Source: Azolla caroliniana
Lineage: Eukaryota > Plantae > Polypodiophyta
Assembly (NCBI GenBank): GCA_043228905.1
Contig: JBHGNT010000003.1
Location: 8,680,001 to 8,744,000 of the forward strand
Direction: 5' to 3'
DNA length: 64,000 nucleotides
Shown: piece by piece, positions 1-12,060 of the stretch
Layout of the letters: each line of letters starts with the position of its first letter
Position numbering within the stretch: the stretch's first letter is position 1
Notes under the pieces: generated by a model
Told to the model about the DNA's origin: nothing
Databases searched by the model: none
The model's input: the letters and a program-made list of their open reading frames with translations, nothing else
Translations under genes and position numbers: made by a program

Positions 1-420
1 GGCAAGGGAAATGCTGGAGGAGAAGAGCATGCCCAAATTCTACATCCAGAACCGGATCGGTGACAAGGTGTCAGCTCATGAGCTGTATTTTGGGCGGAAG
101 CCGAATTTGAGACACCGTAAGATCTTCAGTAGCACTGCATATGTGCATGTACCGAATGAGAAGCGAAGGAAGCTGGATGCAAAATTGGAAAAATGCATCC
201 TAGCCAGCTATGCTCAAGAGCAAAAGGGTTATAAGTGTTATAACCCTCGGACAAAGCAGGTTTGAGTTAGTCGAGATGTCGAGTTTGATGAATCGGCATC
301 GTGGTACTTCTTACCGACTCCGACTTCCGAATCTGACCCGATGCCGGTGGATGAGGCTAGTGAGCCTAAACCAGCCCAGGTAGAGGATGATGAAGCGTGG
401 ACTCAGGATGAGAGTCCGGA

Positions 421-596
421 ATCGTTCCGATTGAGTGGGCCGAACGAGAGACTGAGTCAATCTGACCAGTCCGATGAGGAACCAGTGAGTAGTGGAGACT
501 CTGTCGTGCAATCATTCCGGTTGAGTGGGCCGAACGAGAGACTGAGTCAATCTGACCAGTCCGATGAGGAATTGGCGAGTAGTGGAGACTCTGCCG
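421..596 (+). repeat. 90-bp tandem duplication (in-frame, 30 aa) in the copia A integrase-RT linker
   Basis: 421-510 and 511-596 are near-identical (SFRLSGPNERLSQSDQSDEE..SSGDS twice). The second copy is cut by the nested element. Confidence 0.95.
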
Positions 597-805
597 TGAA
601 GGCAACACGAGGATTAGGGTTTAGGTCAAGAACAGAGAGGGAGAGAGTCTGATATGAGAGAGAGAGATGCACGTTGTCTTGGGTACAAAAAAGTGTACCT
701 CTTTTTTGGTTTTTAGATATTATGTATATACAACTCAAAAGTGTGCTACGAGTGCGTTCACATTCGTGCACTAATAAAAGGCACGATGGCCCTTTATTCC
801 CAACA
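597..805 (-). repeat. 3' LTR of nested copia
   Basis: Direct repeat of 5157-5364 with about 6 differences by eye; adjacent to the PPT. Confidence 0.95.
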
Positions 806-901
806 ACCTCCCACCTAAAGGCAATGTGTCGTGAGAAGAAAACAACCAAAAAAAAGTCAGCTAAGTCCAAGTATGTACAAAGTTGAACTACATACATACA
901 T

Positions 902-3900
902 CTATCCAACTCCCATCATCTGTCGACAATGAGCAAATCGCTCAACTGGAAGACCCTTCGTGAGAAGATCTACAGGATTATTATTTGTATGTACTTTGAC
1001 AAGCTCAATGTTCTTGTTGTCAAGTACATCTCTGATGAAGTGATATTTCACCTCTATGTGCTTCGTCTTTGCATGAAAGACGGGATTTCGAGCTAGCATG
1101 ATAGCACTATGGCTATCACAATGAAGAATAGGTAACTCTGTAATGCCAAGATCTCTCACTAGATATGAAAGCCATAAAGCCTCTTTGCATGCCTCAGTGG
1201 CAGCAACATACTCTGCCTCTGTAGTAGACAATGCAACACACTTCTGTAGTTTGGAGATCCAAGAGACCGCTCCTCCTGTGAAAGTAAACACATACCCATA
1301 AGTAGACTTCCTACAGTCTGCGTGACCAGCATAGTCCGCATCCGTAAAACCAACGACAGATGCCTTTTGCTTTCCAAAGCAAATACACAAGTCCTTTGTG
1401 CCTTTGAGGTATCTCATAATACCTTTCACCGCTTCCCAATGCTTTTTGCCGGGATTTTCCATATACCTACTAACCACTCCCACTACAAAGGCAATATCAG
1501 GGTGTGTAGCAACCATCGCATATATCAAACTGCCAACGGTAGAAGCATATGGAACCTTAGCCATTTCAGCCTTCTCATCATCAGATGTGGGGTTGTCTTC
1601 TGCACCGAGTTTCAAATATGGAGGCAATGGAACCCCAATTGTTTCCCCCCCCCTCCATATTGAAATGCTGCAAAACCTTAGAGATATACTCCTGCTGAGA
1701 TAGAAAGAGTACCCCTTTCGATCGGTTTCAGAGTATTCGCATGCCAAGGATGTGATTTGCATCACCAAGATCCTTCATATCAAATCTGCCATGAAGGCTT
1801 TGCTTCAATGAATTCAAGGCATGAACATCCTTGCCAACAATCAACATATCATCAACATACAAAACCAAGATAATCAGGCTGCCATCTCCTGCCTTCTTGG
1901 TGTACAAGCAATGGTCCACTTGACTTCTACGAAAACCTTGAGATTGCATAAATGCATCAAATTTATGATACCATTCTCTTGGTGCTTGTTTCAACCCATA
2001 CAAACTCCTTTTGAACTTACAAACCAATTTCTCTTTGCCTTTAGTGACAAAACCTTCAGGTTGTTGCATATATATGTCTTCATGCAGATCGCCATGTAAA
2101 AAGGCGGTCTTCACATCCATCTGTATGAGCTCCATATCTTCGGTTGCAACTAAGCCCAAAATGATTCTTAATGTAGTCATCTTGACTATAGGCGAGAAGA
2201 TCTCATCAAAATCAACCCCATATTCCTGCTTGTATCCTTTTGCAACCAATCTTGCTTTTTACTTTGGCGAGGAATCAAAAATTACCTTCATTTTATAAAC
2301 CCATTTGCATGGAAGTGTTTTCTGCCCTTTAGGCAATTGCACCAAATCCCAAGTATCATTTTTCTCAAGAGATTCCATCTCTAACAACATGGCTTTATAC
2401 CATTTCTTATTGTCCTGTCTGTCCATTGCTTCCTTGAAGCAAGTCGGTTCGCCACAATCAGTTACCATGACATAATCAGCCACATTGTTTGCATCAAGAA
2501 CAAATCTGTCAGGCTGTCTCGTAACTCTAGACGATCTCCTAACCCAATGCTCATTGTTTGGTAGCTGTTGAGCCTGCAAATCATCATTTTCAATTTGCAG
2601 TCCAGGCATTTCAACCTGCAAATCAGCATTCACAGCTTGTTGTTCTAGCTGTTCCTGCACATTTGTGGCTCATCATTATTGGCAAAGACTGGATGATCAT
2701 TTCCAACCTCATTTTCTGCATTTGCAGGTAATTTTACAACAGGTGTTTGTTGTTGTATAGCGGGCACATTTTCCTGTCTAAAAGGTATTTCTTCTCGGAA
2801 TACAACCCTATATACTTCCTCAGTCTTTTCGGGTTGTTTATGCATGCGATTTTCCCAGAAGGTAACATCATTGCTGCATACTAATTTTCTTTTCTCGGGA
2901 TCCCACAATCTATACCCCACCTTGTCACCGTATCCTAGGAAAATACATTTGCAGGACTTTGGCTCAAGTTTGTTGCGTTGTTCTTTACGAATGTGCACAA
3001 AAGCCTCACAGCCAAACACTCTCAAGTGAGCATATGAAGGTGGCTTGCCCGACCACACTTCTTGGGGTATTCCCCCTCCCAAAGACCTGTTAGGTGACCG
3101 ATTAATCAAGTGAACAACTGTCATAACAGCCTCTGCCCAAAAACCATGGGGTAACACAGCATGAGACAGCATAGTACGGACCTTATCTTGAATAGTCTGA
3201 TTCATACGCTCTGCAACTCCATTTTGGGGTGGATTATAAGGGGCAGTGAGTTCCCTCTTTATCCCTTTGCTGTCACAAAATGCTTGAAAAACCTTGGACA
3301 CATATTCCCCACCATTGTCAAAGCGAAGACACTTAAGTGTCTTATCAATTTGATTCTCAACTAATGCCAAAAATGTTCAAAATTTGTCGAGCACTTCATC
3401 CTTGCTACGAATAGGGTAAACCCATACCTTCCGTGTAGCATCATTGACCAAAGTGACTAAGTATTTCTTTCCCCCTAATGATAGCCCTGGCATCTGACAT
3501 ACATCTGAATGTACTAACTCAAGCGGGAACGACTTTAGCGAAAGAGACTTTTTATGAGATGTTTGTACATGTTTACCATAAATGCAATGATCACAATGTT
3601 CAAAATCAACATAACGAAGACACAGCAAGTAACCCAAACGAGAAAGTACTTTCATACTAGTTTCACTCATGTGTCCCAACCGGCCATGCCACAAAGAAAC
3701 ACTAGGCTGCTCAGTTATGGCAACAACATGGTCACTCACACTAGATACATGGAGAGGATACAAAGTATCACTTTTACTACCCTTGGCAATAACTCTAGAT
3801 CCCTTACAAATCTTCCATTTCCCATCACCAAAGGTTGTGTGAAATCCATCATCATCTAGTTGTCCTGTGCTAATCAAGCTCTTCTTGAGCTGAGGTACAT

Positions 3901-5018
3901 GTCGTACATGCTAAAGTGTGAAAGCAGAACCATGCTGAAACTGTAATTGCACAGTGCCAATACCTGCAATTTCACATGCATAGTTGTCCCCAAGATGGAC
4001 AACACCATGTCGACCCCCTATGTAATCTGAAAACCACTCACGATGAGGGGTGACATGAAAAGAAGCATCGGAATCGAGTATCCAAGTGTGCATGTCACCA
4101 TCCGTATCTGCAAGTAAAGCATGTTCTCTACGGCATGATGAAACAAAGAGTACATCATTTCCACTATCACTATCATGAGTGACTACATTCACCTCTTCAC
4201 TTTTAGTATTGCCTTTCCTCGGTTGAATGTCTCTCTTTTCTTCTATGAAATCATCTATCTTCTTGCCCTTTCCTTTCTCTTTCTTCCATTTGAAACAATC
4301 ACGTTTAAAGTGACCCTTTTTGCCACAGTGATGGCATTCTACATCTTTACCATGTGATTTACTACGGCCATAACTATCAAATTTGCCCCTTTGTTGTGAC
4401 CTACCCCTCATATGCAACGCACTAGAGGACTTATTGGATGCATTATTTTGCCGACTCATCTCTTCCATGAGTAGAGAACTCTCTACATCGGCATAAAGAA
4501 GCATCGCATTTGAATTGCTCATAGCAGTCCTGAAAGTATCCCAACTTTCTGGCAAGGTGCAAAGTAAAAACGTGGCCTTAAACTCATCATCAATGATGAA
4601 TTTCAAGGCAATCAACTAGCTGAAAATGGAATTGAACTCACTCAGGTGAGTTGACATGGGTGTGCCCTCTGTCATACGCAAATCCATAAGTTTCTTAAGC
4701 CAATAAACTTTGCTAGTTGCCATCTTTTGGGCATACAGTTCCTCTAGTCTAATCCATATAGAATAGGCGGAGTCCAAACCTTCGATATTAAAAAGCAAGG
4801 CATCAGAAATCGACAACTCAATAGTCGAACGTGCAAGCTCATTCAACTCTTGCCAATCATCTTCATCCATATCTATAGGCTTTACCCCTTTGGCTTTTAT
4901 AGGCATGCTTCTTTTGCAGCAAGATGTTGTAGCACTACTTTTTCCAAACCGCAAAGTTATGTGCACCCTCAAGCTTCTTGATGTGCATAAGGTGGCTACT
5001 TTCACTGCTGCTAGTCAT
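902..5018 (-). pseudogene. gag-pol polyprotein of nested copia (disrupted)
   Basis: Zinc knuckle CHHCGKKGHFKRDC, protease WILDSDASFH, GAG-pre-integrase WHGRLGH, integrase (DNGGEY, PPQNGVAER), RT (QMDVKTAFLHG, LYVDDM), RNase H (TDADYAG, HCDSHSAI). Split by stops and frameshifts. Confidence 0.93.
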
Positions 5019-5140
5019 GATTTTAGCCCAAACGGAGGACCAAACCTGCATTGTAGAAAACGTGACCTGCTCTGTAGAAAACCTTAAACTCTACTCTTCA
5101 GAAAACCCTAAAATTTTCTCTGCATAAAACCCTAAACCTT

Positions 5141-5153
5141 GGCTCTGATACCA
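5141..5153 (-). promoter_or_regulatory. Primer-binding site (tRNA-iMet)
   Basis: Reverse complement TGGTATCAGAGCC, 3 nt inside the 5' LTR boundary. Confidence 0.93.
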
Positions 5154-5156
5154 GTT

Positions 5157-5364
5157 TGAAGGCAGCACGAGGATTAGGGTTTAGGTCAAGAACAGAGAGG
5201 GAGAGAGTCTGAGTGAGAGAGAGAGATGCACGTTGTCTTGGGTACAAAAAAGTGTACCTCTTTTTTGGTTTTTAGATATTATGTATATACAACTCAAAAG
5301 TGTGCTACGAGTGCGTTCACACGCATGCACTAATAAAAGGCACGATGGCCCTTTATTCCCAACA
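5157..5364 (-). repeat. 5' LTR of nested copia
   Basis: Direct repeat of 597-805; followed on the minus strand by the PBS. Confidence 0.95.
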
Positions 5365-7750
5365 TGTCGTGCACTCCCCGCGCAAGGAACCGAGGAGACG
5401 GTTCACGCGCAAAGAGAAGGGGAAGAAGAAGATGTCGGAATTCGAAACCGGCAACGATGAGTCGGATCGGTGTGCATCCAACCCCAGCAAGGAGAAAGGT
5501 GGATCTTCGGCAACGAAGACCGAACCGACCAAGAAGGGCCTCAAATCGGGTAACGGTGAGTTACGCCAGTCCACCCGCCAAAAGGATCCTGTCAAGTGGT
5601 ATGGGTACAATGAGTACATGGCGCATCACTATGCGTACATGAGTAAGGTGGCGGAAGTGCGTGAGCCGGAGAGCTACGCAGAAGCGGCCAAGGACGCAAA
5701 TTGGTGTGCCGCTATGGAGAATGAAATGCGGGCACTTGATGTCAACAAGACATGGGACCTGGTTGACCCTCCTCGTCACTGTAAACCGATCGGATGCAAG
5801 TGGATATACAAGGTAAAGTACAACGCCGACGGTTCTGTTAACCAGTATAAAGCCCGGTTAGTGGCGAAGGGATACGCGCAAACCCACGGAATCGACTACG
5901 ATGAGACCTTCGCTCCTGTAGCGAAGATGACAATTGTTCGAGTGGTGCTGGCGGTTGCTGCGGCAAGGGGGTGGCATCTTCATCAAATGTATGTGAAGAA
6001 TGCATTTCTTCAAGGTGATCTTGAAGAAGAAGTTTTTATGACTCAGCCTCCCGGTTTTCAATCGGAGATGAACAAGTCGGCGGTATGCTGACTGAAGAAG
6101 TCGTTGTATGGCCTGAAGCAAGCCCCTCGAGCTTGGAATGCGAAGATCACGCACCGGTTGCGTAAGATGGGGTTTGTGGCCTCCAAATCGGACTCTTCAT
6201 TGTTCGTCCGGCAAGGCTCAGCCGGTCCGGTATGTATACTATTGTATGTTGATGATCTAGTCATCACTGGACTGGGTGTTTCGGAAATCAACCGCGTCAA
6301 GTCCTAGTTGTCGAACGCATTTGAGATGAAGGATCTGGGGGACCTTCATTATTTTCTAGGGATCAAGGAGATCCGAAACCCGGACGGCATATTGCTCTCA
6401 CAACGACATTACATCTTGAATATGTTGTACAAGTTCGGCATGACAGAATGTTGACCTGTATCCACACCCTTGGACCGGAACCAGAAGCTTCGTCCCAACT
6501 CCGAACCGGCCTGCAACGAGCAACGGTTCCGACAAATTGTCAGAAGCCTTATTTACTTCACTATCACGCGACCCGACATCAGCTATCCGGTCGAAATGAT
6601 AAGTCAGTTCATGTAGAAGCCGACCATGGAGCACCTTCAGTGCGGGCAATGGATATTGTAGTATGTCAGCGGCACGAAGGACCGGGGACTGTTATACCGG
6701 CGAGGTATAACCGAAGAGCTCATCGGTTACACGGATGCTGACTGGGCCGGCGATGCATCAGATCGCCGATCAACCTCTGGTTACATGTTTTCCCTTGGTA
6801 GCGTAGTTGGTGCGTGAAGCAGCAAAAAGCAGCCAACAGTTGCTCTGTCGAGCACTGAGGCTGAGTATCGGGGCGCTACCATTGCTACCTATGAAGCCAT
6901 TTGGCTTCGGCGACTGCTGCCAGACTTGCGGATCGAGGTACCGACCCCAGTCCTGATTTATTGTGATAACATCATCAGCATGCAGCTCGCCAAGAACCCC
7001 GTATTCCATGCTCACACAAAGCACATCAAAGTGCACTATCACTTTGTGCGTGAGCGGATCCTGAGCGGTGAAGTTGAACTTCGGTATGTTCACACGGATC
7101 GGCAAGTTGCCGACATCTTCACCAAACCACTCGGATCGGACAAGTTGCAGCACTTCACCGAAATGCTTGGTGTTCAGCATCTCGACGTGCCACACTTGAG
7201 GGGGAGAATGGCCAAAGACACCGAAACGGGCAAAGGCAAAGAGACTGTCGATTGCGCCGGTGAGGGAAGAACAGAAGGCGGCAGAGTCAAGAAGGATAGA
7301 ACTGACCAAAGGAAGAAGGCCAAGACCCGGACATGGTCCGATGTGGTGAAGGGCTTGGAACCAGAAGACGAATCAGGAGCAACCAATTCGGACGAGAGCT
7401 GGAACGAATCGGAGACAGTCGATTCAGTTCAAAAGACAGATTCGGAAGAACCGGATCAATTCAAGGCTAAGCAGACAAGGATGCAGCGGAAGTCGATGCC
7501 ATCGCGGAGGAACCGACGGATCGATAAGCACCGGAGTCATAGCAGCGAAGGAGCTGAGAGGGGCCTATTGAGCAGACATACCGACCGAGAAGGTCGAGGC
7601 ACGCAGAAGAAGAGGGGCCGCGGCAAACAGAACCGGACCGGACGAGGAGCACGAGCAAGGTGGAGCGACGCCAGGAGAAGTCAGTGGGAAGAACCGACTG
7701 CCATAGAGACTGACACTAGGATCCAACCTCAAGTTGAGCTTGAGGGGGAG

Positions 7751-8164
7751 TGTTGAGCGGCAAGCTCAATTGGAGCCGGATCGGCTGAATAAGCCTGAGC
7801 CGGCAAGCGAGATGGATCGTTAAGCCATGAGCAACTGAGCCGGAAAGCAACAGAGCCGGTGAGCTGGGGAGCCGGTTAGCCGGATCCAATTGGTAACCGA
7901 AAGCCTAGTATTAGTTTAGATTTCTAGGCAATTATAGTCTCGTAGTAAGTGTCAAAAGCTCGTGTGAGCATTGAAGTACGCGGCACTTCTGTCAGCCCCA
8001 CGAGGACTTGTATAAATAGTGCTACTGAGCACAATTGTATGCACATAGTGTTTTTATCGTTTTTGAATATAGCTTTTACGTTCTGCTCTCTCTGTCTCTC
8101 CCATGTACTATGTGTATTCCCTACCTTCTCTATTTTCTAACGCTTCCGCAAGCAATCGTTTACA
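7751..8164 (+). repeat. 3' LTR of copia A
   Basis: Starts TGTTGAG right after the PPT, contains TATAAATA near 8011, ends GCTTCCGCAAGCAATCGTTTACA (same end motif as the LTR at 12508-12954). Copia coding sequence resumes immediately after. Confidence 0.85.
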
Positions 8165-10700
8165 AAACCCCGTAAAGAGATGCGGGTATAATGCGTACAT
8201 GGTGCACCATTATGCGTACATGACGCGAGTGGCGGAAGTGCGTAAGCCGAAGAGCTACGCAGAAGCGGCGGAAGACGCAAACTAGTGTGCCGCGATGGAG
8301 GAAGAGATGCGCGCTTTAACGAACAATGAGACTTAGGACCTGGTTGACGTACCGAAAGGTGTAAAGCCGATCGGATGTAGATGGGTGTATAAGGTGAAAT
8401 ACAACACCGATGGCTCCACCAACCGATATAAGGCCTGTTTGGTTGCGAAATGCTACGTGCAGAAGCACGACGTAGATTACAACAAGACCTTCGCCCTAGT
8501 CACGAAGATGATTACTGTGTGAGTTCTGCTAGCCGTAGCTACGGCGAAGGGGTGGCATCTACATCATATGGATGTAAAGAATGTGTTCCTGCAAGGTGAT
8601 CTTGAAGAACAGGTGTACATGGTACAACCCCCCCGGATTCCTATCCGAATAGAACACTTCGGCTGGTTGTCGATTGAAGAAGTCTTTATATGAACTTCAG
8701 CAAGCCCCGCGAACTTGGAACGCGAAGATTACGCAACAATTGCGTAAGATGGGGTTTGCGTTGTCGAAGTCGGACTCCTTGTTGTTTGTTCAACAAGGTC
8801 AACATGGACCGGTTTGTCTTTTACTTTATGTTGATGATTTAGTCATCGTCGATGCCGACCTGGAAGAAATCAGTCGTGCAAAGTCTCAGCTTGCGGCATC
8901 GTTCGAAATGAAGGATCTTGGCAACCTTCATTGCTTCCTCGGGATCGAAGTGATCCGTTCCCCCGAAGGCATATTGATCAGCCAGCGTCACTATGCATTG
9001 AATATGCTCTTTAAGTTCGGGATGGCAGATTGTAAGCCCATCTCGACCCCTCTAGATAGAAACGTAAAGCTTCGCCGAGATTCGGGAAAGGCGTGCAACC
9101 CGACACAGTTTCGACAGATTGTCGGAAGCCTCATTTACTTGACAATCACTCGGCCGGACCTCAACTATCCGGTCGGCTTAATCAATCAATTTATGTCGCA
9201 ACCTCCGGTCAAACACTTTCAGTGCACGCAAAGGATACTGCGATATGTCAGCGGCACTAAGTACATGGCGTCGTTGTATCGGGCAGGCGTAGCCGATTGG
9301 GCCGGAAATGCCAATGATCGTAGATCCACATCTAGATAAGCATTCTCAATGGGAAGTGCGGCGATTGTGTGGAGCAGTAAGAAGCAACCGACAGTGGCAC
9401 TATCAAGCACAGAGGCCGAATATCGAGGGGCGATTATCGCTACGTGCGAAGTCATTTGGCTAAAACGGCTATTACGGGATCTGCATGTGGAGGTGTCCGC
9501 TCCAACGACGATTTATTGTGACAACCTCAGCAACATCCAACTTGCAAAAAACCTTGTATTCCACACTTGGACCAAGCACATTGAGGTGCACTACCATTTT
9601 GTCTATGAGTGTTTCCTTTCCGGTGAAGTCAAACTAGTGTATGTTCCGACAGATCGGCAGATTGCCGACATCTTCACCAAACCCCTTGGTCTCGACAAGT
9701 TGCGGCATTTCTCGAGTGAGCTGGGATTGCATCACCTCGACACGCCGAACTTGAGGGGGAGACAGGATTCTGAGCATGAAAGGAGCGGAAGTGACCGCAA
9801 TGCCGAGTCGGATGAAGAATTTGATTTCGGGTCGGCTGAAGAAGTCGAAGGAGGAAACAGGGGCCGTAATCGCAAGAAAGAGCCAAAGATAGCCGGACAA
9901 GGAGGAGATATAACCAAGAAGGGCATAAAGGCCAAGACCAAGATGTGGTTTAATGTTGTCAAGGTCCTGAAGACCGAAGATGAATTGGAGATAGCCAATT
10001 CGGACGTGAGCGGAAACGAGTCGGTAGTGACCGATTCAAGCGAAATGTTCGATTCGGACATGGCGAATCAACTAAGGGGCAAGCGAAGGAAAGGGTAGCG
10101 GAAGAGGCACCAATACCGCGATAGCAATGGAGCTGAGAAGGGCCACACGAGCAGACAAGCCGACCAAGAGGCGCGCAGAATCGAATGGGTCGAGGAGCGC
10201 GAGTGAGGCATAAAGCCAAGAGAAGCCAGAGCGAAGATCAAGAAGAGCGAATGGAACCTCAAGTTGAGCTTGAGGGGGAGTGTTGAGATACAAGCTCAAC
10301 ATTGGGTGCGTAAACGGGTGCATAACCTAGTGCGTAGACTGGGTGTGTAAGACCATACGCACAACATGGTCGTAGCAATGTGTAAACCGGGAGGCCGTTA
10401 GAACTTTATTCCTTGTAAGGAATAATTTTGGGAGTTAGTGTAGAAGCCTCATTTATGAGCAATCAAGTACTGTCATACTTGTGTCGGCCCAATAGTCAGG
10501 GCTTGTATAAAAGGTGCTCACTGAGCACGAAGTACACACAGAGAACATACAGAGAATTAATTTTTTGAATATAGTTTCGTTTTTTCTCTCTCTCTCTCCC
10601 TCTCCTTCTCTGTGATTTCTGCGTTTTACCGAACTATCATACTTCCGAACTGTGTACTCTGTGTCTTACGCATACACTTCTGCACACGTATTCTTTTACA
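8165..10700 (+). mobile_element. Ty1/copia element B, 3' half (RT, RNase H, extension, PPT, 3' LTR 10281-10700), same lineage as A
   Basis: ORFs 8674..9339 (LLYVDD, MKDLG) and 9349..10098 (RNase H) parallel element A. PPT at 10272-10280; LTR TGTTGAG...TTTTACA. Confidence 0.9.
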
Positions 10701-12060
10701 CTCAAAGTGTTTAGAAACATTGCAAATGTATGCATCCCGAACGAAAAACAACAAAAGCCCGACGCAATGTCGGAGAAATGTATCCTCGTACGATACTTGT
10801 ACGAGAAAAAGGCATACAAGTGCTTCAACCCTTCAACCCTAGCGGTTCAGGTAAGTCGAGACGTAGTTTTCGACGAGTCGATATCATGGTATGGGCCTGA
10901 TTTGGCTCCATCCAACCCGACCGAGGAAGAGTTGAACGTCAACTCAGATGACGTTATTCAGCCAAGTCCTCTACCAAAGGACAATCCAAGCTCTACCGAG
11001 CTACGTGGACCACCCGAGTTAAGTGACGAAATCGGACAAAGGCAAAGATAAGATGCCCGAATACGAAGTTGACCACCCCAACGACAGTGATTTGGATGTG
11101 TCGGCTCGCTCACTAGACAATGAGTTTGGTGTACCCATTATGCGAACACCCGGAGTACAAAAGGCACTCACATTGGCAAGCGAAAAACTTAGACGCTCAT
11201 CTAGAGAGAAGAACCTCGTCACTCGGCTTGGTTACAACGAGTATATGGCCCATCATTATGCCTTCGCGATGAAGGTAGTGGCCAAACAAGATCCCGAGAG
11301 CTCTATAGAAGCGGCTCGTGACCCATGATGGGTGGAAGCAATCGGCCTTCGTCCATTTCACACTACAAGCCTTCGTCATCGGCTTGAGGGGGAGGAACCG
11401 AAACTGCAGAAAACCCAAGGTTGGTCGGAAGCCGACGACCTCGAAAACCGAAAAGAAGCCCACATCTAAACCTGGACAACGCCAAAAGCAAAACCGGATG
11501 TCAGATGCCTCACACTTGAGCTTGAGGGGGCGTGTTGAGATATCAAACTCAACTAGATTTAATTAGTTAGTCAACCACGTAACTTAGTAGTTACCTAGAT
11601 AGAATGTAGTTAGTCTGTTGACCTTAAAGCCTTAAATAGGATTTTGTACTTGAGTGGGATACATTCTAGATCCTCCACTCCCATGTTCATTTAATATAGG
11701 ACTTAACACATTTGTACCTATATTCTCCTCACACATGTGAACCCTTGCACATGAGGTGTATATATACCTCATTGAGGATATCGTTGTATTTTGATGATGC
11801 TTTTTAATATGCACTCTTGTTAATCATCCGCCATTTATATTATTGTTCGTAAGTGTAACTTCCTCTTACACGCATACACACATATATCACATAATATTCA
11901 GTTGTTTAACTACTCACATAATTAGACGTTAATTAACCCTTGCTTAATTACCTAATTATTAACACTATGTAACTCTCTCTCTACAAGACTCAATATCGAT
12001 CATCCTTATAATGTTAGGGTTGAGCGAATATACTCATGCCCTAACTCAAGACGTGTTCAC
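10701..12060 (+). mobile_element. Ty1/copia element C, internally deleted 3' part (integrase tail, linker, PPT, LTR from 11533 to ~12060)
   Basis: LKVF..IPNEKQQK..SEKCILV..KAYKCFNP..VSRDVVFDE, then [17 protein letters not shown] jumps directly to the RNase H tail near 11340. PPT GAGGGGGCG, then TGTTGAG. Right LTR boundary is approximate. Confidence 0.8.

Larger units (their letters stand above)
597..5364 (-). mobile_element. Complete Ty1/copia LTR retrotransposon (4.77 kb) nested in copia A
   Basis: Two ~209-bp LTRs with TG..CA ends. tRNA-iMet PBS TGGTATCAGAGCC at 5153-5141. PPT-like TTTAGGTGGGAGGT at 819-806. Flanks TGCCG (592-596) and TGTCG (5365-5369) form a 5-bp TSD with one mismatch. 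Domain order gag-PR-INT-RT-RH. Confidence 0.96.
1..8164 (+). mobile_element. Ty1/copia element A (5' part outside window): integrase C-term, RT, RNase H, C-terminal extension, PPT, 3' LTR; interrupted by nested copia 597-5364
   Basis: ORF 11..265 has the copia integrase tail (AYVHVPNEKRRKLDAK..KCIL..KGYKCYNP). After 5365 come RT motifs ([26 protein letters not shown] at 6104..6307) and RNase H (YCDN..KNPVFH..TKHI, ADIFTKPL). PPT GAGGGGGAG at 7742-7750. Several premature stops and frameshifts. Confidence 0.92.

Noticed and set aside
616-627. Telo-box-like TTAGGGTTTAGG in the nested copia LTR and AAACCCTA in its leader
   Set aside because: Short motifs that are common in plant promoters and LTRs; too little to support a claim.
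674-886. Duplicated small ORF MSWVQKSVPLFWF (also 5233..5460)
   Set aside because: Lies in the two LTR copies, has a non-ATG start and no protein features.
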